Origin: an uncultured Fibrobacteria bacterium
GTDB lineage: Bacteria; Fibrobacterota; Fibrobacteria; UBA11236
Length of the DNA: 64,000 bases
Direction: 5' to 3'
Assembly: GCA_963716395.1 (NCBI GenBank)
Contig: OY970309.1
Span: forward strand, 2,176,001-2,240,000
Position 1 is the stretch's first letter; the number at the start of each line of letters is the position of its first letter. The position numbers were made by a program, and so were the translations under genes. The notes beneath the pieces were generated by a model. It made no database searches. It was given only the letters and a program-made list of their open reading frames with translations, and was not told the DNA's origin. This document shows positions 55,780 through 64,000 of the stretch, piece by piece.

Positions 55780-57320
55780 ACCCTTGATCGACATCCGCCC
55801 CGATCATTCGGGAGATCGTAAGCAGTATTCTGCGCAAGCATGTGCCGCAATACGAAGTTTGGGCTTTTGGTTCCAGGGCAAAATGGAATACGAAAGAATA
55901 TTCCGATCTGGATTTGGCCGTCATCACGGACAAACCGCTTAGCATTGCGGTGAGTGGCGCGTTGTCGGATGATTTTTCAGAATCGGATTTGCCGTACAAG
56001 GTGGACGTGGTGGATTGGGCGACGACTTCGGAATCGTTTCGCAAGATTATTAAGCGGGATAAGGTTGTAGTACAGAAAGCGCGAGACCAGAAAAACGAGA
56101 ACAAGGACGGTGGATGGCGCGATTACACACTTGCAGAAGCAAGCGCTTTTCTAAGTCGTGGAATTACACCCGCATACACTGAAACGGGCGGCGTTCAGAT
56201 TCTGAATCAGAAATGCATTAGGGACGGATCTGTGAGTTTGAATGCTGCGCGTCGTAGTGATCTTGATAAAAAACCCGTGCCGGGCGATAAATTTTTGAAA
56301 CCGTATGATATCCTGGTTAATTCCACAGGCGAAGGAACACTTGGTCGAGTTGGTCAAATCAAAAAAATCTCTGAGCCGACCACAGTTGATTCCCATGTGA
56401 CAATACTAAGACCGAATCCGGCAGTTGTAGAGCCTCGTTATCTCGGTCTCTTGGTTCGCAGTCTTCAGCCCACAATAGAGCAACTCGCCGAGGGCTCAAC
56501 TGGACAAACAGAATTATCTAGAACCCGTCTTGGAGCGCTCGACATCAAACTCCCGCCCCTCACTGAACAAAAATCTATTGCCCACATTCTCGGTTCGTTG
56601 GACGATAAAATCGAAAACAATCGAAGAGTGAATGGGACGTTAGAGGCAATGGCACAGTCGATGTTCAAGAGTTTATTTGTGGATACCGCGCAAAATGGGT
56701 TGCCTAAAGGTTGGTACGAAGTACCGTTACCCGAAGCTATCGAAGTGAATCCATATCGCCCACTTCGTAAAGGTGAAGTTGCGCCCTATTTGGATATGGC
56801 CAACATGCCCACTCGATCCGTTCGAGCGATAGAAGTTTATGATCGCGAATTCGGATCGGGCATGCGTTTCATGGATGGCGATACTCTTGTCGCCCGTATT
56901 ACACCGTGTTTGGAGAACGGAAAAACGTGTTTCGTGGATTTTCTTGGAGATAAAAAAATCGGTTGGGGGTCAACCGAGTACATCGTATTCCATCCTAAGC
57001 CACCTTTACCGCCAGAGTTCGCGTACTTCCTTGCCCGTACTAATGATTTCCGATCCTTCGCGATTTCAAATATGACCGGTACTAGCGGTCGCCAGCGAGT
57101 GCCTTCGGAATGTTTCAAAAACTTTTCGGTTGTTGTTCCCTCCGCCGGTATTGCTGAACGCTTTGGTCTATACGCCAGGGTTGTTTTAGAGAAGATGAAA
57201 GCCAATGACGACGAATCCCGATCTTTAGCAGCTTTCCGAGACGCGCTGCTGCCTAAGTTGTTGAGCGGGGGCGTCCGGGTTAAGGGTATGGGCAACATAA
57301 TGCGAACACTAGGAGAATAA
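55772..57320 (+). CDS. hsdS: Minimal nucleotidyltransferase (HI0073/MNT) fused in frame to a type I specificity subunit; frameshift near 55806
   Basis: FGSRAKWNTKEYSDLD (GSX10DXD)...LPYKVDVVDW, with no stop before TRD1, the spacer PPLTEQKSIAHILGSLDDKIE, TRD2 and RDALLPKLLSG. Confidence 0.85.
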
Positions 57321-58316
57321 ATGGCTAGGGCCGATTTATTAGCCGAACTCGTTCGGCTTGGAATGATCAGCGACAAAAGCCGATTCAGGAAGGTCGTTGA
57401 AGCGATTATAGCCGAAGAGAGGGCTAAGAAGCATACCGTGCTCGCCAACAGCCTAGAAGATCTTCTTCGGCTTACTCCTCAAGAAAAATCTATTCCAAAC
57501 GGCAGCACGATGTTGGATCAGCGCGTGACAAATCTCGTCTTAGAAGTTCTGCCGGAAAGAAACTTTGAAGACCTTATCTTGCCAAAAGAAGTTCTAGACA
57601 TATCTCGTGAAATTGTTCAGGAGCATCATCGTGTCGATCTTTTAAGGTCATACAACTTGGAGCCGCGAAACCGCATTCTTTTTATCGGCCCACCAGGCAA
57701 TGGTAAGACTTCGCTAGCGGAGGGATTCGCAAAAGCGCTCATGGTTCCCCTGCTTATTGTTCGATATGAGGGCGTGGTTGGAACCTACTTGGGTGAGACC
57801 GCTGTAAGGTTGCGTCGTTTGCTTGAGTATGCAAGCACTAAAAAATGCGTTCTCTTTTTCGATGAATTTGAAACTCTCGGAAAAGAGCGTGGTGATAGAC
57901 ATGAAACTGGCGAGATTAAACGCGTTGTTAGTTCTCTTCTGTTGCAGATTGACTCCCTACCCAGTCACGTCGTTGTCATTGGGGCGACAAATCACGCCGA
58001 ACTTCTCGATCGCGCCGTCTGGCGTCGCTTTCAAGTCCGTATGACGTTGCCCGAGCCGACTCGCATGCGTTTGGCCGAGTGGTTTTCCAAGTTTGAACGC
58101 CGCATAAAAGTAAAGGTGGGCTATACTCCTGAAACACTGGCCAAGAAGCTATTTGGGGTGAACTTCGCGGAAGCTGAGGAGTTCGGAGCCAGTATTTTTC
58201 GACAATACGTGCTTGAACAACCCAACGCGCATATGAAGAGCATCGTTGATCGCACCCTGAAAAATTGGGCCGCACGAACGGTAAGAACGAAGCAGCAGAA
58301 TGGAGGCGGTGAATAA
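57321..58316 (+). CDS. AAA+ ATPase (IetA-like)
   Basis: GPPGNGKT, YLGET, FFDEFE, GEIKRVV and ATNH..LLDRAVWRRF. Confidence 0.9.
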   Translation: MARADLLAELVRLGMISDKSRFRKVVEAIIAEERAKKHTVLANSLEDLLRLTPQEKSIPNGSTMLDQRVTNLVLEVLPERNFEDLILPKEVLDISREIVQEHHRVDLLRSYNLEPRNRILFIGPPGNGKTSLAEGFAKALMVPLLIVRYEGVVGTYLGETAVRLRRLLEYASTKKCVLFFDEFETLGKERGDRHETGEIKRVVSSLLLQIDSLPSHVVVIGATNHAELLDRAVWRRFQVRMTLPEPTRMRLAEWFSKFERRIKVKVGYTPETLAKKLFGVNFAEAEEFGASIFRQYVLEQPNAHMKSIVDRTLKNWAARTVRTKQQNGGGE

Positions 58317-60893
58317 TGCCAGATCGACCGCTATTGCTGTTTCCCACTCCAGAAGCGGCTGAACGGGCAAAGCTGCCACCGTCCCCAGGCCGTATTCATC
58401 GACCGTCGCATCATCAGCAGGGCCAGCGTCTTTCTCCTCGCTTTGCTCGTCTTCGAGTCGAATTCGAAGCGCGACGTGTGGAATTACAGCAGACGGCAGT
58501 TGGAGCCGATCCGAAGCAGGTTTTGGTAATCGAAACTGTGGGAAACGTTGAGAATTTTGCCAACACCGTAAAAAAGATCGATGGTTTTGAGTGGATGGGT
58601 GAAATCGAGTCCGACGAGATAGCGCCCGACGCTGACTTTTACGATGAAGGCAACCGAGAACGAGAATTGGGTGGGCGGCTTTATCTAGTGATGACTAATC
58701 AGCGAGCTTCTTGATGAGATATTATCGCTATGGGGCCGATACCAAAATGATCAAAATATGGAGTTTGAGCGCGGGCTTACCAGATTTCGAGATGTTTTCC
58801 TTTGTCTCAAGGATATTCGACGTTGGAGCGTCCGCGATCGAATCGAGGAAACCGGATTGCTCGATGTCTGGCGCGAAGATCTTATGCACGATGGTAACCG
58901 TCCGGTCAGTTTTGAAGTCGAACTCTGGTTTCGTGCTTCGCCAGAAAACCGGCGTGAAGCCCAAACCGAGATCAGTACACTTATTGTAAGCCTCGGTGGA
59001 CGAATTGTAGGGAGTTCGGCGATCGAGGAAGTTGCCTACCATGCTCTACTCGCTGAGGTACCGGCCCAGGCTGCCAATCAGATTGTCAATCATCCGGATG
59101 TAGACCTAATTAAGTGCGATAGCGTTGTGTTTTTTCGACCGGTTGGGCAGATGGCTACCGGTAAAAAGCCTTTCGAAGGCGAATTGTTGGATCAGGAAGC
59201 AAGTGAACTTGCCTTGCCAACCGGCGAGCCTGTCCTTGCGGTGTTGGATGGACTCCCTTTGGCAAATCACAATCTTCTTGCCGATCGATTGATCATTGAC
59301 GACCCCGACGATCATGCTTCGGCATACACAGTCGCAGATCGAATTCATGGAACGGCAATGGCTTCCCTTGTTGTTCATGGTGATCTTAGCGATGGAGAAT
59401 CCCCACTCACACGCCCGGTGTATATCCGTCCGGTTATGAAACCAATCCCATGGATTAATTCTCCTCGTCCTGAAAGGATTCCTGGCGACATATTGGTGGT
59501 GGATTATATCCATCGCGCCGTTCGTAGGATTTTTGAAGGAGAGGGTACAACACGTGCTTCCGCTCCGAGTGTTCGTATTATCAACTTCTCAATTGGCGAC
59601 CGTAACAGACAGTTCATGCAAACCATGAGTCCATTGGCCCGACTGCTTGACTGGCTAAGTGTGAAGTACGGGGTGCTATTCGTGATAAGTGCTGGTAATC
59701 ACGACCGACAGATAGATTTAGGAATGCCGTTAAGCGAATTTCAAGCCTTGTCGAGCAACGACAAGGAGGCACAGATTGTTAGGAATTTATATGGTGATAC
59801 ACGGCACCGCAAGCTGCTTTCCCCGGCGGAAAGTATCAACGGGATCGCAGTAGGTGCATTGCACAGTGATGGGGCAACAAACGTAAAAGTTGGTCACTTA
59901 ATCAATTTGCTGACGAGCGAACTGCCTAGCCCTACTTCAGCATTTGGAAGCGGTTTCAGACGGGCGATCAAACCAGATATTATTTTCAATGGTGGTAGAG
60001 TTCTCCATGAAACTCCCGTTGGAGCAACAGCAGAAGCACGATTTACACCTAAGGATTTTCGAATTCCCCCGGGGAACAAGGTCGCATCTCCTAGCACTCT
60101 TGTTGGCGATCTCACTAAGGTGGCATTCTGTTGCGGTACGAGTAATGCGGCCGCCCTTGTAAGTAGAATGGCAGCGATTTGTCACGATGCTCTTCTCGAA
60201 GTATTTGAAGAACAGGCACCAGATACCGAAACTAGATCACACCTAGCACCCTTGCTAAAGGCAATGATTATTCACAGTGGTTCATGGGGAACTATTGGAA
60301 CCCGGCTGCAAGAAATTCTTCAGACATCAGGGAACGGACACCATATAAGAAACTGGATTTCTCAATGGCTGGGATATGGAGTTCCTAACCACTCACGAGT
60401 ATTGGCCTGCACCGAGCAGCGGGCAACCGTACTCGGATTTGGTCAGCTTGGAGATGGCCAAGCCCATTTGTTTAGATTGCCATTGCCACCATCGCTGGGA
60501 GCAAGGCGGGATAAGCGCAGGCTTACCGTAACTCTGACTTGGCTCTCCCCTGTGGCATGTCGGACGCAGCGTTATCGAATTGGCAGTCTATGGTTCGAAG
60601 TTGAAGGTGGAAACTTGGTTTCAAATCGTCAGGATGCCGATTGGCGCGCTGTTCGGAGAGGCACAGCACAACATGAAGTGTTTGAAGGGGAAAACGCTTT
60701 CCCGGTAACAGACGGCGATACAATCACAATAAAGGTTAACTGTCGGAAAGATGCGGGAAAGATAGAAGAACCGATCCCCTACGGCCTCGTAGTGTCTCTT
60801 GAGGTGGCGGAAGGTATTGATATTGCCATTTACGACGAAATTCGAACACGTATCGTGTCGGCGGTTGAAATTCGAGCAAGGGGAGATCGCTAA
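58316..60893 (+). CDS. S8 subtilase-family protease (IetS-like); single frameshift near 58709
   Basis: Catalytic triad VLDG / HGTAMAS / GTSNAA plus SAGN, IKPD and LGYG. Removing one base joins 58316..58714 to 58758..60893 (RALDEILSLWGRYQ). Confidence 0.85.
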
Positions 60894-60949
60894 CGTGGTT
60901 AGTGGCATTTATATGGATGGAAAAATATTTATAGAGGCTTTATTCTGAC

Positions 60950-62356
60950 ATGGCCACGACACCCGATCAAATCAATCTTTGGAGACAATCCCCGGAAGGC
61001 CAGCGACTTGAATTCAAGACTGCCAGAACGCAATTCGACAACAAAAAGCTTTATGAATATTGCGTCGCCATAGCCAACGAAGGTGGCGGAAGGTTGATTC
61101 TTGGCGTTGAAGATCAACTACCCAGGCCCGTTGTAGGCACTCAGGCATTCAGAGATCCGATTACCATGACTGAAAAGGTTTTTCAGATGATAGGCTTTCG
61201 GGTCGATATTGATGAAGTTGCACATCCGGACGGACGTGTTTTGGTATTCAACATACCTTCCCGCCCCCGTGGTACCGCCTATCATTTGGAAGGGAAATAT
61301 CTCATGCGATCCGGGGAAGCATTGGTACCCATGAGTGAGGATCAATTGCGCCGAATCTTTGCCGAGGGGGTACCGGACTGGCTGGAAGAACACTCGAAAA
61401 CGGATTTGACCGCCCAGCAAGTAGTGGAGCTAATTGACACCCAATCCTATTTTGAACTTTTGAAACAACCCTACCCGACCGATCGTGAAGGCGTGATTGA
61501 CAAACTAGTCAGGGACAGAATTATCGACAGGATGGACGGGTCTTATTTCATTCGACGCCTTGGCGCGTTGTTACTGGCGAAGCGACTAGAAGATTTTCCC
61601 GACTTGGCAAGGAAGGCGCCGCGGGTGGTCGTTTATCCCGGAATTTCCAAGCTGGAAACACGGTTAGACCAAGTCGGCGCCAAGGGTTATGCGGTTGGAT
61701 TTCAGGGATTGATTCGATTCATTATGGGCCAGTTGCCACAAAATGAAGTCATTGAGGACGCTCTTCGCAAAGAGGTGAAACTAGTCCCGGAAATTACGAT
61801 TCGCGAGCTTGTGGCCAATGCTTTGATTCACCAGGATTTCAAAATATCGGGTGCTTCGGTGATGGTGGAGATCTATACCAACCGCGTGGAAGTTTCGAAC
61901 CCCGGCGAACCCATCGTACCAGCCGATAGGTTTATTGACGGCTACCAATCACGCAACGAGCGTCTTGCCGACCTGATGCGGCGCATGGGAGTTTGCGAGG
62001 AAAAAGGGAGTGGAATAGACAAGGTCATTCAAGCGGTAGAAGTGTATCAGCTTCCCGCCCCGTCTTTCCATACCGGTCATCGGCGGATGATTGTAACGAT
62101 TTTCGGCCCTAAGGATTTCGACGACATGGATAGGGATGACCGAGTTCGAGCCTGCTACCAGCATTGCGCTTTGAAATGGGTAATGTCCGAGAGCATGACC
62201 AACCAAACTCTTCGAGAACGTTTCCGGCTCCCGGAAAGCAAGAGCGCAGTTGTTTCCCAGGTCATTTCAGCCACAATGGAAGCCGGGCTAGTCAAACAGG
62301 ATGAGAAAGTAGGCGGGTCGAGAAAATATGCCCGGTATTTGCCATTTTGGGCCTGA
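60950..62356 (+). CDS. Schlafen/AlbA_2-domain protein with an HATPase_c_4 (RecG-C-like) domain and a C-terminal wHTH
   Basis: EGQRLEFK...VAIANEGGG.LILGV; RELVANALIHQD, SNPG, RNERLA and EKGSGI. Confidence 0.85.
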   Translation: MATTPDQINLWRQSPEGQRLEFKTARTQFDNKKLYEYCVAIANEGGGRLILGVEDQLPRPVVGTQAFRDPITMTEKVFQMIGFRVDIDEVAHPDGRVLVFNIPSRPRGTAYHLEGKYLMRSGEALVPMSEDQLRRIFAEGVPDWLEEHSKTDLTAQQVVELIDTQSYFELLKQPYPTDREGVIDKLVRDRIIDRMDGSYFIRRLGALLLAKRLEDFPDLARKAPRVVVYPGISKLETRLDQVGAKGYAVGFQGLIRFIMGQLPQNEVIEDALRKEVKLVPEITIRELVANALIHQDFKISGASVMVEIYTNRVEVSNPGEPIVPADRFIDGYQSRNERLADLMRRMGVCEEKGSGIDKVIQAVEVYQLPAPSFHTGHRRMIVTIFGPKDFDDMDRDDRVRACYQHCALKWVMSESMTNQTLRERFRLPESKSAVVSQVISATMEAGLVKQDEKVGGSRKYARYLPFWA

Positions 62357-62454
62357 TTCTTATTTAAGGGGGAAGCCAGGCAATGAATCAATATATTTGT
62401 AAGTCATTGAAATACAACGAGTTGCTTATTTAAGCGTTCGCCTGCAGGAGGCTT

Positions 62455-64000
62455 ATGAGCCCAGCCCTTACCGAATCTACGGTTGAATCCGCTACACTTT
62501 CATGGCTGGCTGATCTCGGTTATGCTTTCCTCTACGGCCCCGATATCGCCCCTGGCGAACCTTCCACCGAACGTCAGTCCTATCAAGAAACCATTCTAAC
62601 GAGCCGCCTCCGCGAAGTCTTGGCTCGCCTAAATCCTGCCCTTCCTTCCGAAGCCGTTGAAGATGCGCTCCGAAAAATCACCCTTGTTGATTCCCCTTCC
62701 TTGATCCAATCCAACCGTGTTTTCCATCGGATGCTCGTTGACGGCGTGGACGTGGAATTTCAAAGTGAAGGGCGCATCATCCACGACAAAGCCAAGGTGG
62801 TAGACTTCGATCATCCCGACAACAACGATTGGCTGGCCGTGAATCAGTTCACCATCATTGAAGGCCAGCACAACCGCCGCCCGGACGTTTTGATTTTCCT
62901 GAATGGTTTGCCGCTGGGCGTGATTGAACTCAAGAATCCCGCCGACGAAAACGCCACGATTTGGACGGCCTTCCATCAATTGCAAACCTACAAGCAGCAA
63001 ATCCCTTCTCTGTTCGCCTTCAACGAAGCCTTGATTATTTCGGACGGACTGGAAGCGCGCATCGGTTCTCTCACCGCAGATCGGGAACGCTTTCAACCTT
63101 GGCGCACCATCGAAGGCGAGGAATTGGCTTCGGCTTCGATGCCGCAACTCGAAGTCTTGATAAAAGGTGTTTTCGAGAAAACCCGATTCTTGCGCCTGCA
63201 TCCGGCATTTCATCGTATTCGAGGAAGAAAAGGACGGGGTTTGGGTTAAGAAACTCGCCGGTTACCACCAATTCCACGCCGTCAACATGGCTGTAGAGGA
63301 AACAATCCGCGCATCGGGGCATGGCGCGGATGAATTGAAGGTTACCGACGTTCAAGGAACCTACATGTCCAAATCCGCTGGGGGTGAAGTCGGGGATAGG
63401 CGCGTCGGCGTGGTTTGGCATACGCAAGGTTCGGGCAAAAGTCTCACCATGGCTTTTTATGCGGGCCGCATCGTGTTGCACCCGGCCATGGAAAACCCAA
63501 CCTTGGTTGATTCTCACGGATCGAAACGATTTGGACGAACAGCTATTCGGAACTTTTTCACGTTGCTACGAACTCTTGCGGCAAAAGCCAGTCCAAGCTG
63601 AAGATCGCTCCCATTTGCGCGCAGCTTCTTCAAGTCGCTGCTGGCGGCGTTGTATTTACGACCGTCCAAAAATTCTTTCCCGAACAAAAGGGAGATTCCT
63701 TTCCCAAACTTTCGGATCGGCGCAACATCGTGGTGATCGCCGACGAGGCGCACCGCAGTCAATACGATTTTATCGACGGCTTCGCCCGGCATCTTCGGGA
63801 CGGCTTGCCGAATGCTTCGTTCATCGGATTCACCGGTACGCCGATTGGAATTGATCGGACAAGAATACCCGTGCGGTTTTCGGCGATTACATCAGCATCT
63901 ATGATATCCAGCGCGCGGTTCAGGATGGGGCCACCGTTCCCATTTACTACGAAAGCCGCTTGGCCAAACTGGAATTAAACGAGAGCGAAAAACCGCGTCT
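62455..64000 (+). CDS. hsdR: Type I restriction subunit R; partial, with several frameshifts
   Basis: RRPD...NGLPL..IELK nuclease motif; [24 protein letters not shown] and GFTGTP spread over successive frames. Confidence 0.92.

Noticed and set aside
62359-62434. Direct repeat CTTATTTAAG (62359 and 62425), loosely like a dif/Xer arm
   Set aside because: No XerC arm with a 6-bp spacer and no recombinase nearby; insufficient support.
1-64000. CRISPR arrays, tRNA/rRNA genes, integrase or transposase genes
   Set aside because: I saw no regularly spaced repeats, cloverleaf or rRNA-like sequence, and no recombinase or transposase motifs by eye. Infernal and tRNAscan were not run.

Overview
GC-rich bacterial DNA, most consistent with Fibrobacterota (inferred from a CelF-like CBM/GH51 enzyme, fibro-slime-like repeat modules, C-terminal secretion tails and a Fibrobacter-type LexA box). 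It has four parts. (1) 1-8.6 kb: mixed genes plus a low-GC islet and a 191-bp MITE. (2) 8.9-44.8 kb: a cellulose/hemicellulose-utilisation cluster with no SusC/D. It holds GH10, CBM-GH51, two paralogous unknown outer-membrane beta-barrels, GH1, a giant GH9, a sugar ABC importer whose MalG-like permease carries a large insert, a giant beta-helix protein, GH8 and a tandem-CBM protein, followed by an ECF sigma / FecR-PEGA-TPR anti-sigma module. A shared ECF-type promoter motif, AAC(C)-N17/18-AC(T/C)AA, lies upstream of the sigma gene and of 6-7 transcription units of the cluster, which suggests a dedicated regulon. MITE-derived palindromes sit at several of its predicted transcript boundaries. 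(3) 44.8-49.1 kb: a dnaE2 + inactive Y-family (ImuB-like) mutagenesis cassette with a putative SOS box. (4) 49.3-64 kb: a defence island with HipBA-like and AbiE-type toxin-antitoxin pairs, an hsdR remnant, and a type I R-M operon carrying a HEPN toxin, an MNT antitoxin fused to HsdS, an IetAS-like AAA+/subtilase pair and a Schlafen/AlbA_2 protein. Many single-base frameshifts in otherwise intact genes probably reflect sequencing error. All calls come from reading motifs by eye; no database searches were run.
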